From: an uncultured delta proteobacterium
Lineage (GTDB): Bacteria; Desulfobacterota; Desulfuromonadia; Desulfuromonadales; JACZKF01
NCBI GenBank assembly: GCA_963816395.1
Contig: CAWFKQ010000008.1
Span: forward strand, 64,001-128,000
Direction of reading: 5' to 3'
Length of the DNA stretch: 64,000 bases
The position numbers were made by a program, and so were the translations under genes. Numbering within the stretch: the first letter of the stretch is position 1; every line of letters starts with the position of its first letter. The notes under the pieces were generated by a model, which searched no databases, was not told the origin of the DNA, and saw only the letters and a program-made list of their open reading frames with translations. Below, piece after piece: positions 21,133 to 35,297 of this stretch.

Positions 21133-21717
21133 ATGAGTCTGATCCCCATGGTAGTCGAGCAGACGGGCCGCGGCGAACGCGCCTATGATATCTATTCCCG
21201 GCTGCTGAAGGACCGGATCATTTTTCTCGGCGGCGGCATCGACGATCATCTGGCCAATCTGATCATCGCCCAGATGCTTTTCCTGGAATCGGAAGACCCG
21301 GAGAAGGATATCTATCTTTACATCAACTCCCCTGGCGGGGTGGTTACCGCCGGTCTGGCCATCTATGATACCATGCAGTACCTGAAATCCCCGGTATCCA
21401 CCATCTGCGTCGGTCAGGCCGCCAGCATGGGAGCGGTCCTGCTGGCTGCCGGCGCCAAGGGGAAACGATTTGCCCTGCCCCATTCCCGGATCATGATCCA
21501 CCAGCCGCTGGGCGGTTTCCAGGGGCAGGCCCGCGACATCAATATCCATGCCCAGGAGATCCTGCGGATGCGCGAGACCCTGAACGAGATTCTGGCCGAT
21601 CACACCGGCCAGAAACTGGAACGGATCGCCGCCGATACCGAGCGGGATTTTTTCATGGGTGGCGAAGCCGCGAAAAAATATGGTATCGTTGATGATATAG
21701 TAAGAAGGAAAGGCTGA
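21133..21717 (+). CDS. clpP: ATP-dependent Clp protease proteolytic subunit
   Basis: [34 protein letters not shown]. Confidence 0.98.
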   Translation: MSLIPMVVEQTGRGERAYDIYSRLLKDRIIFLGGGIDDHLANLIIAQMLFLESEDPEKDIYLYINSPGGVVTAGLAIYDTMQYLKSPVSTICVGQAASMGAVLLAAGAKGKRFALPHSRIMIHQPLGGFQGQARDINIHAQEILRMRETLNEILADHTGQKLERIAADTERDFFMGGEAAKKYGIVDDIVRRKG

Positions 21718-21740
21718 CTTTCTCAGCACGGAGGGATTTC

Positions 21741-22990
<1,250 letters not shown>

Positions 22991-23035
22991 GACCATGGCA
23001 GGCCGCCGTCAAGGCGAAGTTATGCTGATCTCAAG

Positions 23036-25479
23036 ATGACCGATTCCATCAACGATAGAAGAACAGGAAAACCATCGGATACCGAGCTGTATCCCTCTTC
23101 TTCCCTTGCGGGATATCGTCATTTTCCCCTAATGGTGGCCCCTCTTTTCGTCGGCCGCCCGAAATCGATCCATGCCCTGGAAGGGGCCATGGAGAAAGAT
23201 AAGATCGTCTTTCTGGCCACCCAGAAAGATCCCAAGATCGATGAGCCCGAGGCGGAGGATATCTATGATGTCGGCACCCTCGGCCAGATCATCCAGATGC
23301 TGAAGCTGCCGGACGGCACCGTCAAGGTTCTGGTCGAGGGGAAGAGCCGAGGACGAATACAGGCCTTCGTCCGCCGGGAAGAGTGTATCTACGTCGAAAT
23401 CGAGGTGTTTCCCGACCCCGGGGCGATCGCCTCCTCCGAGGCGGAGGCGCTCATGCGCAGCGTCAAGGATGCCTTCGAAACCTACGTCAACCTGAGCAAG
23501 AAGGTGCCGCCGGAGATGGTCTCCTCCCTCAGCGGCATCGACCGAGCGGGCGTCTGGCCGATACCATCATCGCCCATCTGAACGTCCGGATCTCCGAAAA
23601 GCAGGAGATCCTGGCCCTGCTCGAACCCCCGAGCGACTCGAGAATCTCCTGTCGATGATGGAGCGGGAGGTCGAGATCCTGCAGATCGAGAAGAAGATCC
23701 GCAGCCGGGTCAAGAGCCAGATGGAGCGGAGCCAGAAGGAGTACTACCTCAACGAGCAGATGCGGGCGATCCAGAAGGAACTCGGGGAAAAGGACGAGTT
23801 CAAGCAGGAGATCCGTGAACTGGAGGAAAAGATCCAGAAGAAGCGGATGTCCAAGGAGGCCACCGAAAAGGCGATGGGGGAACTGCGCAAGCTGAAGATG
23901 ATGTCTCCCATGTCGGCCGAGGCGACGGTGGTGCGCAATTACGTCGACTGGCTGGTTTCCCTTCCCTGGAAGAGCGGGACCCGGGACCGCCTGGATATCG
24001 AGCATGCCGAGGAGATCCTCGAAGCGGACCATTACGGCCTGGAGAAGGTCAAGGAGCGAATTCTCGAGTACCTGGCCGTACAGGCCCTGGTCAAAAAGAT
24101 CAAGGGGCCGATTCTCTGCCTGGTCGGGCCGCCGGGAGTCGGCAAGACCTCCCTGGGCCGATCGGTCGCCAGGGCGATGGGGCGCAAATTCGTCCGGATT
24201 TCCCTGGGCGGCATGCGGGATGAGGCGGAGATCCGCGGGCACCGGCGTACCTACATCGGCGCCATGCCGGGCAAGATCATTCCAGCCTGCGCAAGGCGGG
24301 GGTGAAGAATCCGGTCTTTCTGCTCGACGAGATCGACAAAATGAGCACTGATTTCCGGGGCGATCCCTCCTCGGCGCTTCTGGAGGTGCTGGATCCGGAG
24401 CAGAACAGCACCTTTGGCGATCATTTCCTCGATGTCGACTACGATCTCTCCAACGTTCTGTTCATCGCTACCGCCAATACCTCTTCTCCATTCCCCGCCC
24501 GCTGCAGGACCGGATGGAAGTCATCCGCATCGAGGGATATACCGAAGAGGAGAAGCTCAATATCGCCAAGCGCTATCTGTTGCCGAAGCAGCTGGAGGCG
24601 CACGGCTTGCCGCTGACCAGGTGCATTTTTCCGATTCGGCCATCTATGAGGTCATCCGCCGTTATACCCGGGAGGCCGGGGTGCGGAATCTGGAGCGGGA
24701 AATTGCCAATGTCCTGCGCAAGATCGCCCGGGAGATGGTCAAATCCAAGGAAAAAGGCGCCGCTTTACCGTCAGTGCCCAGCAGGTCAAGAAATACCTGG
24801 GCGTTCCCCGCTACAGTTACGGCATCAAGGAGGAGGAGAACCGGATCGGCCTGGCTACCGGTCTGGCCTGGACGGAGGTGGGCGGTGAATTGCTGACCAT
24901 CGAAACGACCGTTCTGCCCGGGCAGGGGAAGTTGACCGTCACCGGCAAGCTGGGGGATGTCATGCGGGAGTCGGCCCAGGCGGCCATGAGCTATGTTCGT
25001 TCGCGCTGGCGGGAACTCGGGCTGGAGAAGGATTTCTACCAAAGCTGGACATCCATATCCATGTGCCGGAAGGAGCCATCCCCAAGGATGGGCCTTCCGC
25101 CGGCATCACCATGGCCGCCGCCCTGGCTTCGGCCTTGACCGGGCGGCCGGTGGATCGCGACCTCGCCATGACCGGAGAGATCACTCTGCGTGGCCGGGTG
25201 CTGCCCATCGGCGGACTGAAGGAGAAGCTTCTGGCGGCCAGGCGGGCGGGAATTACCCGGGTGCTGATCCCCAAGGAAAATGAGAAGAACCTGGAAGATG
25301 TGCCGCCGCAGATCCTGCGCTCCCTGGAAATCATTCCGGTGGATCACATGGATCAGGTTCTGACGGAAGCGCTGGTGGAAGCCGTCATCTCCGCCGCCGG
25401 TGAAGGAACGAGCCGAACTTGTCTCCGGCGACCGGAGAACCGCTTCATCACTAGGTTTTGCAGCGAAATATTCTCTTGA
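23036..25479 (+). CDS. lon: Lon protease; multiple frameshifts
   Basis: [44 protein letters not shown]. Confidence 0.95.
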
Positions 25480-25505
25480 CACTCTTTTTGGAAGTCTGAT
25501 ATAAG
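25476..25505 (+). promoter_or_regulatory. Putative promoter for the hup-tRNA transcript
   Basis: TTGACA-N18-TATAAG with extended TG. Confidence 0.5.
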
Positions 25506-25555
25506 TATCGCGGTTTCAGCAAGGATTTAATCATTCCTAATCGTGGAGGTATGTT

Positions 25556-25824
25556 GTGACAAAAGCCGATCTTGTGAATGCGATGGCGGAGAAGGCGGGA
25601 CTGAGCAAGACCGATGCGGAAAAGGCTCTCAAGGCTTTTACCGATGCGTGACGGATGCTCTGAAAGCTGGTGAAAAGGTGGCCTTGGTCGGGTTTGGCAC
25701 CTTCAGCGTCGGTGAGCGTGCTGCCCGGACCGGCAGAATCCTCAGACCGGGGCGAAAATCAACATTGCTGCCTCCAAGTCCCAAGTTCAAAGCTGGCAAA
25801 GCTCTGAAGGACGCCGTCCAGTAG
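25556..25824 (+). CDS. hup: HU DNA-binding protein; frameshifted
   Basis: GGAGG RBS; (M)TKADLVNAMAEKAGLSK...LVGFGTFSVGERAARTG...PKFKAGKALKDAV. Confidence 0.92.
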
Positions 25825-25943
25825 ATCAGCCGCTGGCCGCCAGAAAGCAGGCGGCCAGTTGGAAAATCAGAAGAGGAAACAGAAAATAGCGCTTCCTACA
25901 TTCTCGCCATCGCCTATTTCTGTTTCCTTTTTCTGTCCCATGC

Positions 25944-26020
25944 GGGGCTGTAGTAGAGTCGGTTACAACGCCGGCCTGTCACGCCGGAGGTCGCGGGTTC
26001 AAGTCCCGTCAGCCCCGCCA
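25944..26020 (+). tRNA. tRNA-Asp(GTC), copy 1
   Basis: Anticodon arm CCGGC-CTGTCAC-GCCGG; CCA end. Confidence 0.95.
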
Positions 26021-26028
26021 TTTATTCC

Positions 26029-26104
26029 GGGCGAATAGCTCAGCTGGGAGAGCATCGGCCTTACAAGCCGAGGGTCACAGGTTCGAGCCCTGTTTCGCCC
26101 ACCA
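26029..26104 (+). tRNA. tRNA-Val(TAC)
   Basis: Anticodon arm TCGGC-CTTACAA-GCCGA; CCA end. Confidence 0.96.
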
Positions 26105-26144
26105 ACGACAAGGGCGAGGACGCCCTGATCAGACATAGCAATCC

Positions 26145-26221
26145 GGGGCTGTAGTAGAGTCGGTTACAACGCCGGCCTGTCACGCCGGAGGTCGCGGGTT
26201 CGAGTCCCGTCAGCCCCGCCA
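26145..26221 (+). tRNA. tRNA-Asp(GTC), copy 2
   Basis: Near-identical to copy 1 (one T-loop difference, TTCAA vs TTCGA). Confidence 0.95.
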
Positions 26222-26228
26222 GATCTAT

Positions 26229-26260
26229 AAGGGCGCTACCTACAAGTGGCGCCCTTTCTT
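26229..26260 (+). terminator. Terminator of the tRNA operon
   Basis: AAGGGCGCTAC...GTGGCGCCCTT followed by TCTT. Confidence 0.75.
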
Positions 26261-26432
26261 ATCGATCGGCAATCGTCCTTGACTTCCCGCCGGCCCCTTC
26301 CTTATCATGAACCCCGATCCGCTGTAAGATTCGAACGTTTATGGCGAAAGTTCGCCTCTGGTGCCAGCGGAGGGTCGGCTGGCTTCCTTTCTTTTTTGTT
26401 GAATTTTTCTTAATGTGATATAAATAATACTC

Positions 26433-27646
26433 ATGCCTCACTTTCAATGTAAAATCGGCACTTCCGATGGTCGGGTGATAGAGAGGGAATTTGATGCCGC
26501 CAGCCGAGAACTGCTTAGGGAGAGACTGGAGGAGCAGGGCTTTTCCATTTTTCACATCAGCCGCCGCCCTTTTCAGTTTCCAGGGGGGGCGGCAACCTCC
26601 GCGGACGCCAGAACAGTCGCCGTTTCCTTTCTTTCAACCAGGAACTCCTGGTTCTGCTCCGTTCCGGACTGCCCATTCTTAAGATCCTCGAAACTCTGTT
26701 GGAGCGGATGGAACCGGGACGGATGCTCGAGGTCCTGAGTGAGATTCGGGAGGATGTCAAGGGTGGCAGCGCCCTCTCCGAGGCGTTCGGGAAATTTCCC
26801 CAATCTGTTTCCTCACCTGTATGTGGCCTCCCTCAACGGCCGGGGAGCGCACCGGCGATCTGCCGGTTACCCTGGCGCGGTTCATCGCTTATCAGAAGCG
26901 GATGGAAGTGATCAAGGCCAAGGTGCGCAGCGCCTCCTTTTATCCCATACTGCTGACGGTCGCAGTGGTCGGAGTCGTGCTTTTTCTCCTCCTATACGTT
27001 ATTCCCACCTTTACTCAAATCTATGCCGATGCCAAGGTCGATCTGCCATTTGCCACCCGGGTCCTGATCTGGACCGCCGAGGGGCTGACGCGGTGGTTGC
27101 CCTTTCTGCTGCCGGTACTGATCGGAGGGGTCCTGGCCGTGCGGACCTTTCTCCTCACAGAAAGGGGCGGTTTGCTGTACGATCGGTTGAAAGTGAAACT
27201 TCCTTTTTTCGGTGCCCTGCAGGTGGAATATGCCCTGACCGGATTTTCCCGTACCCTGAGTACTATCCTGGCGAGCGGCATTCCCCTTGTTCCAGGCCAT
27301 GCAGATGTCGCGGGGAACTCTCAATAACCGCATTCTGGAAGGGAAGGTTGCGCAGGCCGATGCGGCGGGTGGAAGAGGGATCGACTATTTCCGGTGCCTT
27401 GGAGCAGACCGGGTTTTTCCCCCTGATTGCCCTGCGCATGATCGGGGTCGGGGAGACCACCGGTGCCTTGAGCGACATGCTGGGCGAGGTGGCGGAATAT
27501 TATGAGGCGGAAGTGGAGCGGCGGCTGGAGCGGCTGACGATTTGATTGAGCCGCTGATGATGGTGGGAATGGGCTTGCTGGTCGGTGGCATCGTGGTGTC
27601 CATGTATATCCCTATTTTTCAGTTGGCCGGGACGGCCACGAGGTGA
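26433..27646 (+). CDS. Type II secretion/type IV pilus inner-membrane platform protein (GspF/PilC family); frameshifted
   Basis: 'GERTGDL', 'SASFYP', 'MIGVGETTGAL', 'MYIPIFQL'. Confidence 0.88.
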
Positions 27647-27653
27647 TCGGCGC

Positions 27654-29392
27654 ATGCAGCCTGCAATGAGTTTCGAGCGCAAACGGATCGGCGAGATTTT
27701 GGTTGAGATGGGGGTCATTACCCCGGCCGAGGTCGATCTGATCCTGGCGCAGATGGCGACCCAGGGAAAGCGGTTCGGCGAAACGGGTGACTCACGGCTT
27801 TTTCGCCGAAGAGTCCTGGCGCAGGCTCTGGCCCGCCGGTTTCAGCTTGAGTATATCGATCTGGACCATTTCGACCCCGATCCGGAACTGATGCTTCCCT
27901 GCCGGCCGGTCTGCCGCTGCGGTTCAATTTTCTCCCCATCCGCCGGGAAGATGACGGCCTGGTGATCGCCACTGCCGACCCCACCGATCTGACCAGCCTG
28001 GATGAACTCGAGCTGCTTCTGGCCGCCCCGCTCATCCTGTGCCTGGCGGCCGAGGGAAGATCGTCCGCCTGCTGGAGCGGGCGGAAGGCTCGAAGCGGGT
28101 CCTCAAGGAGGTCTCCGAAGATTTCAAGCTGCAGCTGGTGAAGGAGACGGACAAGGGAGAGGAAGTACTCTCCATCGAGAAACTTACCGCCGATACCAGC
28201 CCCGTCATCCGCCTGATCGATTCCACTCTGTTCGATGCCCTGAAAAAACGTGCAAGCGACATCCACATCGAATCGAGTCAGAACGGGGTGCTGATCAAGT
28301 ACCGCATCGATGGCGTCCTTTACCGGGCGACCGAACCCCTCGACAGCCGCTTTCAGGGGCCGATCATCTCCCGCCTCAAGGTCATGAGCGAACTGGATAT
28401 TTCCGAGCGGCGGATTCCCCAGGATGGGCGTTTCAAGGTCCGCATGGGAGGCAAGTCGATCGACTTCCGCGTCTCCATCATGCCGAGCAGTTACGGTGAG
28501 GATGCTGTCATCCGTATCCTGGACAAAGAGAGCATTGCCGCCGATCTCAAGGGGCTGACACTGGAGGCCCTTGGCTTTACCGAACGGGAGAGTGGTCGAC
28601 TGCGCCGCATGATCCGCGAGCCTTACGGCATGATTCTCGTTACCGGTCCGACCGGCAGCGGCAAAACCACCACCCTCTATGCCGCCCTTTCGGAGATCAA
28701 CAGCGAGGAGGAAAAGATCATTACCATCGAGGACCCGGTCGAATACCAGGTCAGGGGAGTGGTACAGATCCCGGTCAATGAAAAGAAGGGTCTGACCTTT
28801 GCCCGCGGCCTGCGCTCCATTCTTCGCCACGATCCGGACAAGATCATGGTCGGCGAGATCCGCGACCCGGAAACGGCGCAGATTGCCGTCCAGTCGGCCT
28901 TGACCGGGCATCTGGTGTTCACCACCGTACATGCCAACAACGTGTTCGACGTCCTCGGGCGTTTCCTGCACATGGGACTCGATCCTATAATTTTGTTTCC
29001 TGTCTGAACTGCGTGCTGGCCCAGCGCCTGGTGCGCAAGATCTGTCCGCACTGCAAACGCCCGGTGCAGTATGACCGCCCGATCCTGGAGGAAGCCGGTC
29101 TCGACTGGCACCGTTACCGGGAATTTGACTTTCCACGAAGGGAGCGGCTGCCAGGAGTGCCACGGCATGGGCTATTTCGGTCGCAGCGCCATCATCGAAT
29201 TGCTCGATCTCAACGATGCGTTACGCGAGCTGATCGTCACGCCGGGCGCCGGTTTCCCAGCTGAAAAAAGCGGCCGTTCAGGCAGGGACGGTGTTTCTGC
29301 GCGAGGCGGCCCTGGAGAAGGTCTTTTCCGGGCAGACCACACTGAAGGAAATCAATCGCGTGACATTTGTCGAACAGGTGGAAAACCCGTGA
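27654..29392 (+). CDS. GspE/PulE/PilB-family secretion ATPase; frameshifted
   Basis: [44 protein letters not shown]...CQEC zinc site. Confidence 0.93.
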
Positions 29393-30313
29393 TCATTCGC
29401 AATTATCTCGGCCTCGATGTCACCGCCGACGAACTTGCGGGCGGTGTTCTGCGGCGAAAAGGGCGCGCGCGCCGCATGACCGGCGGACGCGTTCTGCCGC
29501 TGAAACCGGGGACGCTGCTTCCCGCCATGCGGGAGCCGAATATCACTGGAGCCGCAGAGCTTCATCGAAGCGGTCCAAAGGTACTCGATCCCCTGGCCGG
29601 CGCGGGAGGACCGTGTCGCTCTTTCGTTGCCGGAATACAGCCGGGAGGCTCCTGCTGACGGAGGTGGAGTCGGCGTTCAAGTCCCGGGCCGAAGGGTTGG
29701 AAATTCTCAAATGGCAGCTCAGGAACAGCCTGCCGGTCGATGCCCCAGGAAGTCCGCCTCGACTATCAGGTCATGGAAAAGGGCGAGAACGGCCGGCCTG
29801 CGCCTGGTGGTGGCGATGATGGCGGAGAAAGTTCTGCAGCAATATGAAGAAGTGCTGTCCACGGCCGGCTACAAAGCGGCCATGATCGATTTCCACTGCC
29901 TGAACGTTTACAACTATTATCGTCCGCGGCTCGATCCGGAGGAGGGTTTCATTCTCCTGGGGATCGAGAAGGGAGCGCTCAGCCTGCAGTATTTCCAGGC
30001 GGGGATCGCCTGGCCTTCCACCGTGTCCCGGGAAGTGGAGCCGGATGCCGGAGAAAATATTCCAGGAACTCAGTCGGTCCCTGGTCAGCTGCCAGGAGAA
30101 ATTCCCGGCTTTCCGCGGGCAGCGGTCTATCTGCACAGCGATTGGGAGGAACCGGACGTACTTCTCGAAGCGGCTGCGTTCGGCATTTCGAGCGGGAAGT
30201 GACGGCACTTCATCCGCACCTGGAAGACCTGGTGTGCCATCGGCGCTCAGTTCCCCACCGGCGAGCTCCGGGGGATGGTGGCGGCGGTCGGTGCCGCCGA
30301 ACGGATGATGTGA
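29389..30313 (+). CDS. PilM-like alignment protein; heavily frameshifted
   Basis: 'YLGLDVTADEL' actin-like N-terminus; 'QYEEVLSTAGY'; position after the ATPase. Confidence 0.65.
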
Positions 30314-30321
30314 AGATCGGC

Positions 30322-30892
30322 ATGAAATTGCAGTTGAATCTGGCCAGCCGTTCTTATGTCAACCGCCGCGGCGCTTTATCCTTTTTACGGGTTTAGAGCG
30401 GAATGCTGCTGCTCCTGCTGCTCTTCAATATTTACTTTGTCTGTTGCGTTTGCGGGAGCATCGGCGAGTCAATCGACTGGCATCTGGCGGAACTGGAGCG
30501 GAAACTGGGGCGGGAGCGGCCAGCGTGGCATCGACCGGGAAGTCGGACCGGAGGAATTGAAGCGGCAGCGGCAGGAAGTCGCATTGGCCAACGAGATCCT
30601 GACCCGCGAAGGCTTTCGCTGGACGGCGCTGCTGGGCCGTCTGGAAGAGGTCGCGGTCGATGGCGTCACGCATCCGGTCCCTGCAGCCGAATTTCAAGGA
30701 AAATTCCGTGCAGCTGGCCGGCAGTCGCCCGCGGTGTGCGGCAAATTGCGAAAGTTCATCGATCGGCTGATGGCCGCTCCGTCTATTTCTGAGGTTTATC
30801 TGCTCAGCCAGGGCTCGCTCACGGTCAAGGATAATCTTGGCGGGGAACACCAGGCCATCGCCTTCTCCCTCCTCCTGAAAGGGGTGTTCTGA
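30322..30892 (+). CDS. PilN-like protein; frameshifted
   Basis: 'MKLQLNLASRSY', TM segment, 'FRWTALLGRLEE'. Confidence 0.65.
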
Positions 30893-31452
30893 ATGGCCGA
30901 GCGCCTGATTTTTGCCGTCTGGCGCGCCAGCCGGGTATGGCCCCTGCTCTCGGTGATCCTGCTGGCCCAATGTCGGTCTGTACGCCTGGATCACCTATGG
31001 CCTTTCCCCCCAGGTGACTGCCCTCGAGCGCCGCTTATATCGAAGCGAAGTGCGGGTTCGGCAAGCGCAGGGAAAGGCGCAAACCTGCCTCCCCCGCAGG
31101 AATTTGCGCAGGCCAGGGCTGACCTGGAAACCTTCCGTCAGGCGATTCCCGGGCGGAGCGATTTTTCCGGCCTGATCGAGAGGTCTTTACCCTGGCGGAA
31201 AAGGCCGGGTTAGGCATCGATCGTATCAGCTACAATCCTAAGATGTGGCCGAGGGGGATCTGCTGCGCTATACCCTGAATTTTCCGTCGGCGGGGATTAC
31301 GGCCAGGTCAAGAGATTCATCGCTTCTCTCGAACAGTCTCCCCGGATCATCGCCATCGAAGAGATTTCCCTCTCCGGCGGTGAACGGCAAGGACGGGGAA
31401 ACGGTGGGTCTGCATATTCGTCTGTCGACTTATTTCAGTCGGATTTTCATGA
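30893..31452 (+). CDS. PilO-like protein; frameshifted
   Basis: TM, coiled coil, reconstructed 'GDYGQVKRFIASLEQSPRIIAIEEISL'. Confidence 0.65.
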
Positions 31453-32279
31453 AAAGGAAGCGGCTGCTGATCATTCTGCTCGGGCTGCTGACACGTTCCC
31501 TGGGTTACGCTGTCTGGAGTATCCCGCGTCAGCAGAGGGTGACGCGAAGCGGCCGCCGGCAGCGCCGGGTACGGGCCGGACGGCTCGGAAAGCGCAGGGA
31601 GGGGACGGATGCCAGCGCCCTCGGTCCGGCCAAGGACGATCTGCGGGTACATCTGCAACTGCTGGAGCGGGAAGAAGGAGAAGAGTCTCCGCTCGCCGCC
31701 GGGACCTGTTTGCGCCGTTTTTACGTCAAGCGGCCTCCCCTGCCGCCGTCCCCGCCGCCCCCCGGTACCGCCGCCGATGTCGCGGCGCCGCCGGCAGCGC
31801 GAGGTGACGTCCGCCGCCGCCTCCGCCATTGCCCGCCTGGCGCGTTTCAATTTCCTCGGTTTTCTCCAGAAGGAAGTGGAAAGACGGTTTTCCTTTCCTC
31901 GGGCAGAGGAGATCTTCGTGGTGAAAAAAGGGGACCGCTTCGGTCAGAACGGCAGTTCGGATCACCGAAATGACCCCGCAGAGGCGTGATCGTCCTGCAG
32001 GGGGATGATCCACGGCCGATCATCCTTTCCCTGGTGAACCAGGCACCGCTGCCGCGGCTGCCGGCCGGGTCCGACGGCAAATTCGCCTGTTTATCGTGCC
32101 CGAGGGGCGTCTCCATATCGGCGCGACGAGCCGGTGTCGGTACCGCCGGCGGAGACTCCCGGGAGATGCCGGGAATAGCCGAAACGCCGGCGCCGGTGCA
32201 GCTGGACAATGCCGAGAACGCCCGCCCAGGAGCCGGAAGTGCCCGAGGAAGGGCTGCTGCGGCCGCTGCCGCGCAGTGA
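31449..32279 (+). CDS. Pro-rich secretion-system accessory protein (PilP/GspC-like position); frameshifted
   Basis: N-terminal TM (MKRKRLLIILLGLL), Pro-rich linker, 'FNFLGFLQK...EIFVVKKGDRFG'. Confidence 0.5.
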
Positions 32280-32376
32280 TTTCAATAACCTTTTCAGTCC
32301 GAACCAATGACGGAAGCCGATGGAGGGAAAGTCTGTGAAGAATGGCCTGTGACTGCCGGCGGGAAAGGATGCCCCA

Positions 32377-34794
32377 ATGAAGAATCGGACTTCTGCCGGC
32401 CCTTTTTTTCTTCTGCTCATGCTCCTTCTGCTGGGTGGCTGTGCCGCAGGCCAGCGCGCTTTCGAGCAGCGGCGAGGACCTCAGCCGGCCAGGGGCATTA
32501 CGATGCGGCGGTGCGCAAGTATTTCGAGGCGGTAAAGGCCGATCCCGACAGCCATGAGTATCGGGTGCAATTGCAGAATGCCAGGATGAAGGCGGCCTGG
32601 GACCATCTGGCGAGCGGCCGGCGGCTCGCGGAGAAGGGGGAATACCGGGCGGCCCTGGACGAATTCCAGCAGGCGGCGGCCCTTGACCCGAGGAACGACG
32701 CCGGACGCCAGGAAGCGAAAAAATCCAGGACCTGCTGCGGGCGGAGGACCTGGTGAAGCAGGCGCAGCGATTTTTACCGGGACCGAAAGTTCCTGCCAGG
32801 CGAAAAATGCCCTGGATGAGGCCCTGCTACTCGATCCCGGGCTATCCGCCGGCGGAAAAAATGATGCGCGAAGTGCAGGAGGAGCGCCGACCGTGCTGGA
32901 CGGCTTCGAACTGGATGTTGCTTCCGACAAGCCGATCACCCTCAAGTTCCGCGATGCCGATATCCGCGACGTGTTCAATATTCTCTCCAAGCTGTCGGGG
33001 ATCAACTTCATATTTGATGAGGACATCCGCTCCGCAGAAGAGTCATCGGTCACGCTGGAAAAAGCCACTTTTGCCCAGGCGCTGGAACTGCTCCTGCGGA
33101 TGAACAATCTGGAGAAGAAGGTCCTCAACGCCAAGACGATCCTCATCTATCCGCAGACCAAGGAGAAGGAGAAAAAGTTCGAGGACCAGGTCATCCAGAC
33201 CTTTTATCTCTCCAATATCGATGCCAAAAAAGCGGTCAACCTGCTGCGGACCATGCTGCAGCTGCGCAAGATCTATGTGCATGAGGAGCTGAATGCCCTG
33301 GTGATCCGGGATACGCCGGCAGGTGATCAAGCTGGCCCAGCAGATTCTCGAGGCGGCCGACCGCCCCGACTCGGAAGTGGTTTATGAACTGGAGCTGGTG
33401 GAAGTTGCCCATACCGACGGCCTCGACGTCGGGCCGCGGCTGGCGAGCTATGCGACCACCTTCGGCCTGGCACGAACCGGGCAGCGACGCGATACCAGGC
33501 AGTTCGCTCACCAGCGGTCTGTCCAAGCTCGATTTCCTCTACTCCGTGCCGAGCGGGACCTTTTCCTTCCAGAAGACGCTGTCCGATTCGGAAATTCTCG
33601 CCAACCCGAAAATCCGGGTGAAAAACAAGGAAAAGGCGAAAGTTCATATCGGCAGCCGGGAGCCGATCATCACCAATACCCTGACCGCCGCCGGCGATGT
33701 TACCTCGACCAACGTCCAGTACATCGATGTCGGGGTCAAGCTCGACGTCGAGCCGACCATCCAACTGGACAATACGGTGGTGACCAAGCTCAGCCTGGAG
33801 GTGAGCAGCGTTTCCGGCCGGGAGAAAATCGGCAGCAACGGCCAGGGCGGCGAGGCGCTGACCATCAGCACCACCAATGCCCAGACCTCGCTGATTCTCA
33901 AGGATGGCGAGCAGACGGTGATCGGCGGACTGATGCGCGAGGATGTGACCAAGGCGAAGAATACCTTTCCCCTGCTGGGCCGACTTCCCATCATCGGCAG
34001 CCTTTTCTCCGGCCACAAACAGGACAAGACGAAACGGGAGATCCTGCTCTCCATTACCCCGCATATCGTAAAAAATCTTGAAATGCCGCGAGCGGATGTG
34101 GCGACCATCTGGTCCGGCGGCGAGGATGATCTGCAAGCCGGACCCCGTTTCGGCGCCTTCGCCAGGCCCCTGGAGCCGGCGGTGGCCACGGAGCCGCCTG
34201 CCGTAGCGCCGGCCGTCCAACCCGCGGCGCCTGCACCGCCCGAGCCCGCCGGCCGATCTGGATAGGCCAACCGCCCCGCGATGAGCCTCCGGCAGACCAG
34301 GCCGGCCAAGTACCTCCCGCTCCGGAACTGATGACAGCACCCGTTGCCTCCACCGTCCCCGGTCCGGCCGAGGAACGCAGCCGCCGGTCAGGTGCTGGTC
34401 ACCGGTATGTCGCAAATCCGGGCCGGGGAGGAATTCCCCTTAGATGTGACAGTGCAGGGGGTGAAGGATCTGTACAGCGCTCCGTTGTTCGTCGCCTATG
34501 ACCCGCAGCGGCTGGAATTCGTCAGGGCCGAGGAAGGAAATTTCCTGAAGAGCGGGCGGCCAATCCACCATCTTTTCCACCAGCGACGCTTCCGGGACCG
34601 GCCAGCTGATCGTCGGCTACAAGCAGGGGGCAGGGGGGAACGGCGCCAGCGGCAGCGGCACCCTTTTCCATCTTGTTTTCCGGGGCAAAACTCCGGGGCC
34701 GGCCCGAATCGCCCTTGACCGGCTCAATTTCCGCAATCCGGCGGGGAATCGGCTGCCGGTGGCCGGCAGCGAAGCGACGGTGGAGGTAAATTAG
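32377..34794 (+). CDS. Secretin (GspD/PulQ-like) lipoprotein with N-terminal TPR-like region and C-terminal cohesin-like domain; frameshifted
   Basis: Lipobox LGGC; 'PITLKFRDADIR'; secretin core 'ILANPKIRV...YIDVGVKLDVEP...LGRLPIIGSLF...EILLSITPHIV'; C-terminal 'YSAPLFVAYDPQRLEFV'. Confidence 0.88.
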
Positions 34795-34795
34795 C

Positions 34796-35293
34796 TTGTT
34801 GAGCCGTCCGCTGCAGTCCTGCCGGGACCGGCAGGGGTCTGACCCTGCTCGAGCTGATCATCGCCCTGGCCATCCTGGCGGTGCTGGCGTCGGCGGTTCT
34901 GCCGATGGCCGAGGTCACCGTCAGGCGCGGCAAGGAAATCGAGCTGCGCCGCGCGCTGCGGACGATACGCACGGCGATTGACGATTACCATGACGATTTC
35001 GAGCGGGCCAAAACGGAGAAAAAGATCATCCCGGAGATCGACGAGACCGGCTATCCGAAGGAGTTGGAAGATCTGCTCAAGGGGAAGCGACTGGGGCGGC
35101 CTTTATCCGTTCCAGGAAGAAATACCTGCGGCGCATTCCCAGGGACCCCTTCGATGCCTACGATCAGGGCTGGGGACTGCGCTCCTATGCCGATGAGCCC
35201 GACTCCACCGTCTGGGGCGGGGAGGACGTCTACGATGTCTACTCCCAGAGCGACGCCACCGCCCTGGACGGCACCCCTTACAATACATGGTAA
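34796..35293 (+). CDS. Pseudopilin (PulG-like); frameshifted
   Basis: Prepilin motif [17 protein letters not shown]; '[10 protein letters not shown]'. Confidence 0.85.
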
Positions 35294-35297
35294 GTCG

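Noticed and set aside
25869..25932. Hairpin AAGAGGAAACAGAAAATAG...CTATTTCTGTTTCCTTTTT as a novel ncRNA
   Set aside because: It lies between hup and tRNA-Asp and is most simply a terminator or tRNA-leader processing stem
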